DNA of 64,000 nt from an uncultured Boseongicola sp. (GTDB taxonomy: Bacteria > Pseudomonadota > Alphaproteobacteria > Rhodobacterales > Rhodobacteraceae), in contig CAJQNG010000086.1 of the NCBI GenBank assembly GCA_905479635.1, forward strand, positions 134 to 64,133. Reading direction: 5' to 3'. Made by a program: the position numbers and the translations under genes. The notes below the pieces were generated by a model that saw only the letters and a list, made by a program, of their open reading frames with translations, was not told the DNA's origin and searched no databases. Shown piece by piece: positions 39,284 through 48,674 of this stretch; position 1 is the stretch's first letter, and each line of letters opens with the position of its first letter.

Positions 39284-40321
39284 ATGAGACGAACATTCCT
39301 TAAGTCCGCCGCGGCGGCTACGATTGCGATAACGACTTTAAGCTTCGGAACCGCAGCTTCGGCGCAAGACGCGGGCGAATTTTACAAAGACAACGTCATA
39401 AAATGGATCGTGCCTTATGATCCCGGTGGCGGATATGACGAATACAGCCGTATCCTCATCCCGTATTTTGAGAAATATACCGGTGCACGCGTTGATATAG
39501 TAAACATGCCCGGCTCAGGCGGCATGAAGGGCGCGGTTGAGATTTTCAATTCGCCTTCTGACGGTCGCACCGTCGGGATCATCAACGGATCGGCAATGGT
39601 GACAAACCAACTCGCCGAAATCGAAGGCGCCAACTACAAAGTGGGCGACTACAATTTTCTTGGTCGCATGGTCGCTGACCGGCGTGTGATGGTTGCTGGC
39701 GCAGCGTCAGGGATCAAGACATTTGATGATCTGATGAATAACGGCAAAACGGACATCGTCGGCGCGACGGGCCTTGGCGGGTCTACTTATGTGGATGCCG
39801 TGATAACAGGCGATGTGCTTGAGGTTGACCAAAGGGTTGTCCATGGCTTTGACCGTTCGGGAGATATCCGCACGGCGATGTTGCGCGGAGATGTTCAGGC
39901 AATGTGGGGCTCGCTTGGTTCCGCCATCAAGGGCATCAAAAGCGGCGACCACACACTGATTCTGCACGGCGTTAAGAACCCAACGGGTATCCTTGCAGAT
40001 GTACCTTCAATCTATGATATTGCTATGAAGATGGAAGGCGGCGACCGTCGGGTCCAGATTCTGGAGAGCTGGGATGCATTGTCGGCCGTTGGTCGCCCTG
40101 TTGCAGCCCCTCCGGGCGTACCAGAAGATCGTCTGGCCTTTTTGCGCGATGCTTTTGCAAAGGCCATGAACGATCCTGAGTTTGTTGCAATGGCGAGTGA
40201 GAATGATCGTGACTTGTCTTACGCGTCGGGCGAAGACATGGCCCGTATCGCCAAGGCTGCAACGGAGCTTGATGCTGATATTGAGGCTCTTTTCGTGGCG
40301 GCTATTCGCGGCGAAATCTGA
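39284..40321 (+). CDS. tctC: Tripartite tricarboxylate transporter substrate-binding protein
   Basis: Signal peptide, IVPYDPGGGYD, NMPGSGG, DGRT, APPGVP. Confidence 0.88.
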   Translation: MRRTFLKSAAAATIAITTLSFGTAASAQDAGEFYKDNVIKWIVPYDPGGGYDEYSRILIPYFEKYTGARVDIVNMPGSGGMKGAVEIFNSPSDGRTVGIINGSAMVTNQLAEIEGANYKVGDYNFLGRMVADRRVMVAGAASGIKTFDDLMNNGKTDIVGATGLGGSTYVDAVITGDVLEVDQRVVHGFDRSGDIRTAMLRGDVQAMWGSLGSAIKGIKSGDHTLILHGVKNPTGILADVPSIYDIAMKMEGGDRRVQILESWDALSAVGRPVAAPPGVPEDRLAFLRDAFAKAMNDPEFVAMASENDRDLSYASGEDMARIAKAATELDADIEALFVAAIRGEI

Positions 40322-40343
40322 AAACTCCGATCGAAATAAGCGC

Positions 40344-40367
40344 TTCCCGCCGGATAACCGGCGGGAA
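40344..40367 (+). terminator. Intercistronic stem-loop after tctC
   Basis: TTCCCGCCGG-ATAA-CCGGCGGGAA. Confidence 0.7.
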
Positions 40368-40393
40368 CAACTTTTGGGGCGGGGCATCCAAAC

Positions 40394-41902
40394 ATGACGA
40401 TCATTGAAGGCATGATGAGCGGTTTCTCGCAATCCGTCAGCCTCGAAGTTTTTCCGTATCTTTTTGTAGGTTCTATTTTCGGTCTGATCATTGGTGTGAT
40501 CCCTGGACTGTCCGGCCATTTCGCAATGGCGATGGCCGTGACATTTCTCTATACGATGGAGCCCGCACCCGGCATTGCCTTCCTCTTGGGAGCCCATGCG
40601 ACGGTGGCCCAGGGCGGCGGCCTGACGGCCATTCTTTTCTCGACGCCTGGCACTGGACAGAACGCAGCGACCTTACTGGACGGCCCACCTATGCGGGACA
40701 AGGGCGAAGCCGGTATAGCGGTCGGTGCCGCGATGGCAGCGTGTTTTCTTGGTGCCACGTTCGGTGCGCTTGTTCTGGGGCTTTTGATCCCGGTACTGCG
40801 TGAGGTTGTGCTTTTCTTCGGTCCGCCTGAGGTATTTATCCTGGCATTCCTTGCTCTGACCTTCGTTGCCGTGCTCGGCAAAGAGGATATGACTCGGAGC
40901 CTGATTGCCGCCCTTCTAGGTCTCCTTTTGGCGATGATCGGCGTCGATAACGTGACCAATACATTCCGCTTTACAATGAATATTGATGCTCTGGGCGATG
41001 GCTTAAACCTTGTTCCTGTTATCCTCGGGCTGTTCGCCGTCGCTGAAATGATCGACCTTTGGGTACGCGGTGGAACGCTTGCGAGAGATGTGCCCAAAGC
41101 CCTTTCAGCGCGCGAAACACAGGCGCAGATTTTCCAGGGTATTGGGCTTGCTTTCAGAAACTGGTGGCTGGTCATGCGCTGTTCGGCCATCGGAACCGGT
41201 ATGGGTCTTATTCCCGGCCTTGGCTCTGCGCCGGCATCGTTTGTGGCCTATGGGCATGCAAAACAATCATCGCCTGACAAAGACACATTCGGGAAAGGCA
41301 ACGTCAAAGGCGTTATCGGCCCGGAAGCAGCGAATGATGCCGTGGAGGGCGGAGCACTGGCGTCGACATTGGCCTTTGGTATTCCCGGATCATCGTCGAT
41401 GGCTATCTTGTTGTCAGGTCTGTTCATCCTTGGTCTTGATACAGGCCCGCAAATGCTGAACCAGAACGTCGATATTGTTTTCGTCATGATTTTCACAATC
41501 ATTATCGGGAATTTTATTGGCACGTTGGTTGGAATGTTTCTTGTGAACCCGCTGTCGCGTGCCACGTCTATTCGCGCTTCGGTCATGGTACCGGTCCTGA
41601 TGGCGGTCATTGCGACAGGCGCGTTTGCAGGTGATCGGGCGATCTTTGACATCAGTATTGCGATTGTCTTTGGCATCTTTGGCTATGCGATGAAGGTGTT
41701 GAACTATTCGCGCTCAGCCCTCCTGATCGGATTTGTGCTTGGCTTTGCGGTCGAAAAGAACCTCTATCTTGCGCTTTTGCTGGATGGGCCGCTCTTTGTG
41801 CTTCAACCGATCCCAATGATGCTCGCAATGATCACGGTTCTATTTCTTGGCTGGAACATCTACACGATTGTACGCGACCGCAAGCCGAGGATTTCAAAAT
41901 GA
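40394..41902 (+). CDS. tctA: Tripartite tricarboxylate transporter large permease
   Basis: GVIPGL, TPGT...TLLDG, GPEAANDA, GIPGS. Confidence 0.9.
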   Translation: MTIIEGMMSGFSQSVSLEVFPYLFVGSIFGLIIGVIPGLSGHFAMAMAVTFLYTMEPAPGIAFLLGAHATVAQGGGLTAILFSTPGTGQNAATLLDGPPMRDKGEAGIAVGAAMAACFLGATFGALVLGLLIPVLREVVLFFGPPEVFILAFLALTFVAVLGKEDMTRSLIAALLGLLLAMIGVDNVTNTFRFTMNIDALGDGLNLVPVILGLFAVAEMIDLWVRGGTLARDVPKALSARETQAQIFQGIGLAFRNWWLVMRCSAIGTGMGLIPGLGSAPASFVAYGHAKQSSPDKDTFGKGNVKGVIGPEAANDAVEGGALASTLAFGIPGSSSMAILLSGLFILGLDTGPQMLNQNVDIVFVMIFTIIIGNFIGTLVGMFLVNPLSRATSIRASVMVPVLMAVIATGAFAGDRAIFDISIAIVFGIFGYAMKVLNYSRSALLIGFVLGFAVEKNLYLALLLDGPLFVLQPIPMMLAMITVLFLGWNIYTIVRDRKPRISK

Positions 41903-42444
41903 GCCTGCACACATCGCAAAACGATCGGGACGATGACGCGACGCATAAAGAGCGTAAAGGCAATTACTTTGCGCTGGAGGTGTGTTTTCTTGCCTTTGTG
42001 GGCATTATTGCTGTCATCGCTTTCTTAGAAGCGTTCAGCTACAAAATCGTGTCTTCACGCACGCCATTTGTGATCATGGTGCCTTTGTTGATTTTGATTG
42101 CCGTGCAGGCATTGCGGCTTTGGGGGGCTCGGTCTGAATTTGATCCAGTCGCACGAATTTCGACCGCGCTTCGCGGTGGTAATGCGAACCTGAACAAGGT
42201 TGTCAGCTTTTCTGGGTGGTTGCTGGCTCTATTAGTGATCATAACAGTGTTGGGCCACTATGTAGGCATGTTCCTGTTTTGCGCAATCCTGATGAAATTT
42301 GCGGGCGGCGAGAGCTGGAAAGTTACCCTCACTGTTGCAGCTGGTACGACGCTTTTCATCTTCGGCGTCTTCGAGCTGATCTTTAACATCGACCTTTATC
42401 GCGGGCTCGTGTTGCGCTGGTTCCAGGGCTACCGTGATTTCTAA
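41899..42444 (+). CDS. tctB: Tripartite tricarboxylate transporter small subunit
   Basis: Small hydrophobic ORF coupled to tctA with TctB-like C-terminus. Confidence 0.72.
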   Translation: MSLHTSQNDRDDDATHKERKGNYFALEVCFLAFVGIIAVIAFLEAFSYKIVSSRTPFVIMVPLLILIAVQALRLWGARSEFDPVARISTALRGGNANLNKVVSFSGWLLALLVIITVLGHYVGMFLFCAILMKFAGGESWKVTLTVAAGTTLFIFGVFELIFNIDLYRGLVLRWFQGYRDF

Positions 42445-44231
42445 CTGCCTTTGGTGGCTCGTTTTGCAGCAGTCTCGCGGCCTTGGCGCGGGTCGATCCA
42501 AACATCGATCAGGTAAGGTCTACCTTCCCGGAGCGCGGCAACTCCAGTGGCCATGGCTTTCTCTAGGGCTTTATGGGTTTTGACCGGCCCGTCAGCTTGG
42601 ACGCCCTGCGCGCGCGCCATCTGCGCGATATCAGGTGCGGGATCATCCAAACGTTGTCCGACCCAGGCATTGGCCGGGTTTCGCCCACGGTGTTGGGCGA
42701 CACTTTCTTGGTGCAGCTCGTCGTTGAAATAGGACCGGTTGTTTCCGATCACGAACAGCACTGGCAAGTTATATTTGGCCGCCGTCCAAAGCGCTGTCAC
42801 TCCCATCAGCGTGTCACCGTCACCCAGTGTTGCAACCACCAAACGGCCCGAATCCTTCAAAGCCAGCGCCGCACCAACTGCAAGACCCGGTCCGCTGCCA
42901 ATGCCTCCGCCGCCATCTTTGCCCAGAAAGTCCATCGAATTCTGTTGCGGCCACAGGTCATGTGGCCAACTGCGCGCCAGCGCCGGGAAGGTCACGGGCG
43001 TATCCCCAGTTTCATGCTTCAAGGCTGTCGCGATATCGCGAAATGTCAGGCTGTCGCTCTCTGCGGCCGTTGGCGCCGATGGTTTCGGCGCTTGAGGCGC
43101 TGCCTTCTTGACGGCCCCGAGGGCATCCAGCAAGTCTTCGGCCAAAGGATCACCGGGGCAATTGAATTCGATATCAACGGCTGGCAATCCAAAGTGTTCT
43201 TGACCAAACCCGCGGTGCAACTGCATCTCATCGCCGGCATGTATAACGGTGGCTGTCGTGCCCGACTGCCCAAAGGCCTGCAACAAAATACCCCCAAGAT
43301 CGACCCAGCCTAAGCTAAGAATCGCATCTGCTTGCCGCAAGGCTTCGCCCACTGCAGAGGATAATTTATTGATTGGAGCACCCACATGGTTTGGATGATC
43401 CGTTGGCACCATCGTACCAACCTTCAGATCAGACACCATCAGAGCGCCAGTACGTTCTGCCAAAGCAACCCGCACTTGCATCGCCGCGTTGGTCCGCTTG
43501 CCGCGCCCCATCAAGATCACAGGGCTTTTGGCGCCCTGCAGGACCTCTGCAGCCTGCGCCAACAAGCCTGCGTCTGGTCGCGGCGCTGATAGGGGCGCAT
43601 GCCTCGCGAGGTCCGGCCAATTTACCGTTTGCTCGACAGGAGCTTCCTGCCATCCGGCGTCCAGATTGATATAGACTGGGGCCATCGGGCTTGTGTTGGT
43701 GATTTTCCAACCACGCGCCATCGCTTCGGGCAAGGCTACGGCAGAGCCGGGTTGGTCGTCCCATTTGGTAAAGGATCGAATTAAAGCACCTTGATCCTGC
43801 GTGCTATGCAACCAGTCGATCCAAGGCCTGCGCTGTGATGCATCCACAGGCCCAGTTGCCCCAAGGATCATCATCGGGGCGCGGTCGGCCCACGCGTTGA
43901 AGATTGCCATAGAGCCATGCATCAACCCAACATTCGAATGTAGCGCAACCGCCATCGCCTTCCCCGTGACTTTGGCATAGCCATGCGCGATTGCGACCGC
44001 ATGCTCTTCGTGTAGGCACAGCAGCATCTCGGGCTGTTCATTGCCAAGGTGGTTGACGAGACTGTCGTGAAAGCCGCGATAGCTGGCGCCGGGGGTCAGT
44101 GCGATCCATGGGATCTCGAGCCGTCGCAACATTTGCGCCGCGACGTCCGACCCCCAACCAACGGTTTCGTCCAATTTTCCTTCGACTGGCTCTGACTTAG
44201 TTGTCGGCCCAAGACCGCCTCCATTCGCCAT
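42441..44231 (-). CDS. Thiamine diphosphate-dependent enzyme (decarboxylase-like)
   Basis: PGASYRG, LHEEHAVAIAHGY, GDGD...NN ThDP motif; start moved to MANGG after GGGAGG. Confidence 0.88.
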   Translation of the reverse strand: MANGGGLGPTTKSEPVEGKLDETVGWGSDVAAQMLRRLEIPWIALTPGASYRGFHDSLVNHLGNEQPEMLLCLHEEHAVAIAHGYAKVTGKAMAVALHSNVGLMHGSMAIFNAWADRAPMMILGATGPVDASQRRPWIDWLHSTQDQGALIRSFTKWDDQPGSAVALPEAMARGWKITNTSPMAPVYINLDAGWQEAPVEQTVNWPDLARHAPLSAPRPDAGLLAQAAEVLQGAKSPVILMGRGKRTNAAMQVRVALAERTGALMVSDLKVGTMVPTDHPNHVGAPINKLSSAVGEALRQADAILSLGWVDLGGILLQAFGQSGTTATVIHAGDEMQLHRGFGQEHFGLPAVDIEFNCPGDPLAEDLLDALGAVKKAAPQAPKPSAPTAAESDSLTFRDIATALKHETGDTPVTFPALARSWPHDLWPQQNSMDFLGKDGGGGIGSGPGLAVGAALALKDSGRLVVATLGDGDTLMGVTALWTAAKYNLPVLFVIGNNRSYFNDELHQESVAQHRGRNPANAWVGQRLDDPAPDIAQMARAQGVQADGPVKTHKALEKAMATGVAALREGRPYLIDVWIDPRQGRETAAKRATKGS

Positions 44232-44331
44232 GTCTGACCTCCCTGACACAAGCAGCACTCCTCTGACGGTACGCACCAGTTTAAGACTCTGTCAAAATCC
44301 GAAATTCAAAATAAGTCCTCGAAAGATAGAT

Positions 44332-44356
44332 GTTCTTTTATATGGAACTCCATTCC
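44332..44356. promoter_or_regulatory. Putative IclR operator, site 3
   Basis: GTTCT-TTTATAT-GGAAC-TCC-ATTCC. Confidence 0.65.
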
Positions 44357-44427
44357 ACATTGATTGACGGCATCGATTGCCTGCGACATGCTTACCCAAA
44401 ACTATAGCGTGGATAGGGAGGCACAAG

Positions 44428-45636
44428 ATGCCGCATGATCTGGACGAAAGTGTTCACTGGCACGAGCCGACGCGCGGACAGCGCGCCGGGTATGGAAAAT
44501 TTGACCAACCACAATCTGACTATGACAAGTTCATGGAATCCGAAGGGATTCCTGTCTTTCGTGGTATCGGCATCAAGTCAGTCTTTGACCTAGAGCTGGC
44601 GGATTGGTCTCGCATGGGCGGGCGCGGGAGCTACATTCAACTCTACGGCACAGAAGGTAAATGGGGACAGTACGTCGTCGAAGTACCGGGTGCCGGCGCG
44701 CTAAATGTTGAAAAACACCTTTACGAGGAAATCTTCCTTGTCGCCTCTGGCCGCGGCACAACAGAGGTTTGGCTTGAAGAAGGCGGAGAAAAACACGTTT
44801 TTGAGTGGCAAAAGGGGTCGCTGTTTTCGATTCCAGTGAATGCCTACCACCGGATTGTGAATGCCACGGGAGAGCCTGCGCTTTTGATTGGCGGGACGAC
44901 AGCGCCTAACTTAATGAACTTACTGGGCGACACTGATCTGATCTTCAATTGCCCATATAAAATGACAAGCCGGTTCTCGGGCACAGATGATTTCTACAAA
45001 TACAAAGAAGACCTTGAGCCTGACCCGATCCGAGGTCTTGCGATGCGACGCACCAACCTCGTGCCCGATGTCATCAATTGTGATCTGCCACTCGACAACC
45101 GCCGATCACCGGGTTGGCGTCGAGTAGAACCCTTCATGACTGGCAACAAATTCTATCTCTGGCTTGGTCAGCATGAGACTGGAAAATACTCCAAGGGCCA
45201 TGCACATACCTCAGCTGCAGTGCTGATCTGCATCAAGGGTAAAGGCTACACCTATACTTGGCCCGAACGTGCAGGCGAGACGCCGTGGGAAGATGGCAAA
45301 GGCGATCTGGTCCAGCGCGTTGACTATGAGCAATTTGGCATGGTCACGGCGGCACCGGGAGGCGAGCGTTGGTATCACCAGCATTTCAACTCTTCGCAAG
45401 AACCCTTCCGTCTAACCGCTTGGTTCGGACCGAACCACCCTACCATTGTCACGGGCCTTCCGCCGGGTGCCAAGCAGATCGACTATACCGCGATGGATGT
45501 GACCGAGGGTGGCACTTCGATTCCATACTGGATGGAAGATAAAAGGCTGCGCAGTGAGTTTGAAAAGCTGATCGGGGCCAACGGCGGCAATAGCCGCATG
45601 GATCCGAGCCTTTACGATAAGCCAGAAGTCCAGTGA
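44428..45636 (+). CDS. Bicupin protein
   Basis: Two cupin motif sets: KHLYEE..G.G...PVNAYH and HAH...GKGY...WYHQHFN; start after GGGAGG. Confidence 0.82.
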   Translation: MPHDLDESVHWHEPTRGQRAGYGKFDQPQSDYDKFMESEGIPVFRGIGIKSVFDLELADWSRMGGRGSYIQLYGTEGKWGQYVVEVPGAGALNVEKHLYEEIFLVASGRGTTEVWLEEGGEKHVFEWQKGSLFSIPVNAYHRIVNATGEPALLIGGTTAPNLMNLLGDTDLIFNCPYKMTSRFSGTDDFYKYKEDLEPDPIRGLAMRRTNLVPDVINCDLPLDNRRSPGWRRVEPFMTGNKFYLWLGQHETGKYSKGHAHTSAAVLICIKGKGYTYTWPERAGETPWEDGKGDLVQRVDYEQFGMVTAAPGGERWYHQHFNSSQEPFRLTAWFGPNHPTIVTGLPPGAKQIDYTAMDVTEGGTSIPYWMEDKRLRSEFEKLIGANGGNSRMDPSLYDKPEVQ

Positions 45637-47117
45637 ACAAGTCGATGCACCCAGACGAAACAGATGATGGTGGGCGCATCCACTTTTCGAGCGCCGGCCG
45701 CTCGCTGATCGAGGAGGACCAGATAGAACTGACAAGCGTCGGCGTTGATATCGGGTCCTCCACCTCGCACCTTTTGGTCTCGACCATCATGCTCGAACGG
45801 ATGGACACCCGATATGTCGTTACCGGCCGCGAGGTTCAATTTGAATCTGAGATTTTGTTAACGCCCTATGCCGATGGAAATACCATTGATGCCGAGGCGT
45901 TGGCAGCCTTTATCGAAGCGCAATACGCCGCTGCAGGGCTTTCATCCGAGGATATCGACACCGGTGCGCTGATCTTAACTGGCGTAGCCGCGCGACGTAC
46001 GAACGCGCGCGCCATCGGCGAGATATTCGCAGCCCAAGCCGGCAAATTCGTAGCTGTAAGTGCGGGCGACGCGCTAGAAACACTTATGGCGGCCCATGGC
46101 TCTGGTGCTGTGGCACTGTCAGAGCGGTTGGGAACAGTTCTCAACATCGACGTTGGCGGAGGCACAACCAAGATTGCATTGTGCCGTGATGGAGACATCA
46201 TCTCACGCACGGCGCTTGATGCCGGTGCGCGTCTAATTGTGACCGATGCCGACGGTCGGATTACACGGTTGGAACCTTTCGGCGCGCGGTATCTCTCCGA
46301 CGTTGACGCAGAAATCGGGTTGGGTGACGTGCTACCCGCCGACATCCGCAACAAAATAGCCAAGCAGATGGCCGCCGCGATCATTTCTGCCGCCCGTGGC
46401 GAAGAAGTTTCTGACTTTATGCGCCTTGCGCCGCTGGCCGAGGCTCCCACTTCCGGACAGATCGTTTTTTCCGGCGGCGTGTCAGAATTCTTGGACGGGA
46501 GCGGCGGAAATACAGACGATCTTGGACCAGAACTAGCGCTTGCCCTGGCTTCTTTAGTAAAAGAGCATGCATTTCAGGTCTCGCCTGCGCGTCAAGGCAT
46601 CCGTGCGACAGTCGTGGGCGCGTCGCAATATACTGTGCAAGTCTCTGGTTCGACAATCTACCTTGATCCAGATGACACATTGCCCCTCCGCAACCTCGCG
46701 GTCATCGCACCGACGGTCGTGCTGGGCGATGAGATCGACGCACAGGAGGTCGCGGCAGCAATCAAGGACGCCCTCGCCCGCCTTGATTTGCAGGACGGCG
46801 AAACGCCGGTTGCGGTCGCCGTGCCATGGACCGGTTCAGCGAGTTACGCCCGCCTTCGCGCTTTGGGCAATGGCCTTGTCACCGGCCTCACCACCATTCT
46901 TGAGAAAGGGCATCCGCTGGTGATTGTCAGTGAAGGTGACATCGGTGGTCTGATCGGCATGCAGTGCCGAAGCGAAGAGAATTGCCCCGGCGCTATCGTT
47001 TCCATTGACGGAATAGCACTATCAGAATTCGATTTCATCGATATTGGCGAGGTGTTGCGCTCCACCGGTGCCACACCAGTCGTTGTTAAATCGCTTTTGT
47101 TCCCGACGGAGCACTAA
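45633..47117 (+). CDS. EutA-like (ASKHA-fold) ATPase / reactivase homolog
   Basis: SVGVDIGSSTSH, TGALILTG, KFVAVSAG, NIDVGGGTT, FSGGVSE, IRATVVGASQYT, PVVVKSLLF. Confidence 0.85.
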   Translation: MNKSMHPDETDDGGRIHFSSAGRSLIEEDQIELTSVGVDIGSSTSHLLVSTIMLERMDTRYVVTGREVQFESEILLTPYADGNTIDAEALAAFIEAQYAAAGLSSEDIDTGALILTGVAARRTNARAIGEIFAAQAGKFVAVSAGDALETLMAAHGSGAVALSERLGTVLNIDVGGGTTKIALCRDGDIISRTALDAGARLIVTDADGRITRLEPFGARYLSDVDAEIGLGDVLPADIRNKIAKQMAAAIISAARGEEVSDFMRLAPLAEAPTSGQIVFSGGVSEFLDGSGGNTDDLGPELALALASLVKEHAFQVSPARQGIRATVVGASQYTVQVSGSTIYLDPDDTLPLRNLAVIAPTVVLGDEIDAQEVAAAIKDALARLDLQDGETPVAVAVPWTGSASYARLRALGNGLVTGLTTILEKGHPLVIVSEGDIGGLIGMQCRSEENCPGAIVSIDGIALSEFDFIDIGEVLRSTGATPVVVKSLLFPTEH

Positions 47118-47629
47118 TGAAAGAGACACCCCAAGCCCCACGCATGGTCACATCGATCTGGCCCGCCGTGCTGCTGTTGGCTTTCGCAGTAGTGATGTTC
47201 TTGATCGCGCGCGGATATTCAGCGACATCTGCGCGGTTTCCGGCAATGGTCGCGGGCGCGATGATCGTTTTAGCGGTGTTCGATGTCTGGAGCCGCTCAA
47301 AGATTCCTGGCGCTCAGGTTGTCGAAACCTTCGGCGGGACCGGCTTTCGCCAACGCGAAATGATGCATAACCCAACTTTTGCCAATCAGGCCGAATGTTT
47401 GGGTTGGATTGCTGGTGCATTCGCAATGATGGCGACAGTTGGCATTCTTGCTGCCTCTCCGATCTTTTGTGCAGCGTACGCGCGTTTACGGGGTAAACTT
47501 ACGCTTGCAGTCTCTGCTGGTGTGGGGATTGGCGTGCTGATCTTTCAGTTCGCGGTGTTTGAATGGGCACTCAATTACGAACTCTACCGAGGCCTATTCT
47601 TTACGAAGGGTGGCGTTAACGCTTGGTGA
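47117..47629 (+). CDS. tctB: Tripartite tricarboxylate transporter small subunit
   Basis: Hydrophobic, ARFP motif, precedes tctC/tctA; shares LYRGL tail with 41899-42444. Confidence 0.72.
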   Translation: MKETPQAPRMVTSIWPAVLLLAFAVVMFLIARGYSATSARFPAMVAGAMIVLAVFDVWSRSKIPGAQVVETFGGTGFRQREMMHNPTFANQAECLGWIAGAFAMMATVGILAASPIFCAAYARLRGKLTLAVSAGVGIGVLIFQFAVFEWALNYELYRGLFFTKGGVNAW

Positions 47630-47661
47630 CGACGCCAAAAAACATAGGGAGGAAGTAAAAA

Positions 47662-48621
47662 ATGAAGAAGATACTAGTAACAGGGGCGACTGCTATTGCG
47701 CTCACGGTTGGTGGGGCCGCACAGGCGGAATTCCCAACGGACGACAACATCACATTCGTAATCCCCTACAGCCCAGGCGGGGGTTTTGACACTATTGTGC
47801 GTCAATTCGCGCCAGCATTGGAAACCGCGATGGGAACAACCGTTGTACCAGAGAATATCTCAGGCGCTGGCGGCGCGCGTGGCGGACAGGCCGTTCACCG
47901 GTCCGATCCTGATGGCTATACAATCGGTATCTACAACATCCCCGGCCTGACTGTGAACGAAGTCACGGGGCGCGATCAAGGCTTCAAACTTGATGAAGTC
48001 ACATGGATCGCAAACCTTGCGGTCGCAACTTATGGGCTTGCAGTGGCAGTCGACAGCGGCATCAATTCAGTCGAAGATCTTTGTGCGATGGGGCAACCCA
48101 CAAAGCTTTCGGACACAGGTGCTACATCAACGGCATCTGTCACGACACGGATCACCTTCGGTATCCTTGAGTGTGATATTGTTGATGTTACCGGCTATGC
48201 GGGTTCCAACGACGCAATGATCGCTGTAATCAGCGGTGAAGTGAATGCGACCATCAAGCCAATCAGCTCGCTTGCAAAATACCTTGATGGCAGCGGAACC
48301 GGCGATCTGAAGTTGATCCTAACCCTAACCGAAGATGAGGCTGTAACCGGCGTCCCCTCGGCTACAGATATTGGACATCCAGAATTAGCCAAGTTCACGC
48401 TGAACCGTGTCATCGGTGGCCCTCCTGGCATGACAACTGAGGTCGTCGCCGCTATTGAAGAAGGTTTGCGCGCAGCGTCAGAAGACCCATCTGTTACCTC
48501 TTGGGCTGATGGCGCTGGCATTAGTTTGGCCTTCATGGGCGCCGCCGCAACTGCCTCTATGATGGATGATCTCAGTTCATTCTACGAGCAGTACAAAGAC
48601 CTCGCAGCAACGGCTGAATAA
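47662..48621 (+). CDS. tctC: Tripartite tricarboxylate transporter substrate-binding protein
   Basis: Signal peptide, IPYSPGGGFD, ENISGAGG, PDGYT. Confidence 0.9.
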   Translation: MKKILVTGATAIALTVGGAAQAEFPTDDNITFVIPYSPGGGFDTIVRQFAPALETAMGTTVVPENISGAGGARGGQAVHRSDPDGYTIGIYNIPGLTVNEVTGRDQGFKLDEVTWIANLAVATYGLAVAVDSGINSVEDLCAMGQPTKLSDTGATSTASVTTRITFGILECDIVDVTGYAGSNDAMIAVISGEVNATIKPISSLAKYLDGSGTGDLKLILTLTEDEAVTGVPSATDIGHPELAKFTLNRVIGGPPGMTTEVVAAIEEGLRAASEDPSVTSWADGAGISLAFMGAAATASMMDDLSSFYEQYKDLAATAE

Positions 48622-48630
48622 TAGATGTTG

Positions 48631-48654
48631 CGCGCCGCCATTTCCGGCGGCGCG
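48631..48654 (+). terminator. Intercistronic stem-loop after tctC
   Basis: CGCGCCGCC-ATTTCC-GGCGGCGCG. Confidence 0.65.
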
Positions 48655-48674
48655 TACCCCAACTGGATTTTGTC

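Noticed and set aside
45633-47117. Calling the locus ethanolamine utilisation (eutA)
   Set aside because: No eutB/eutC, microcompartment or cobalamin genes in the window; symbol withheld
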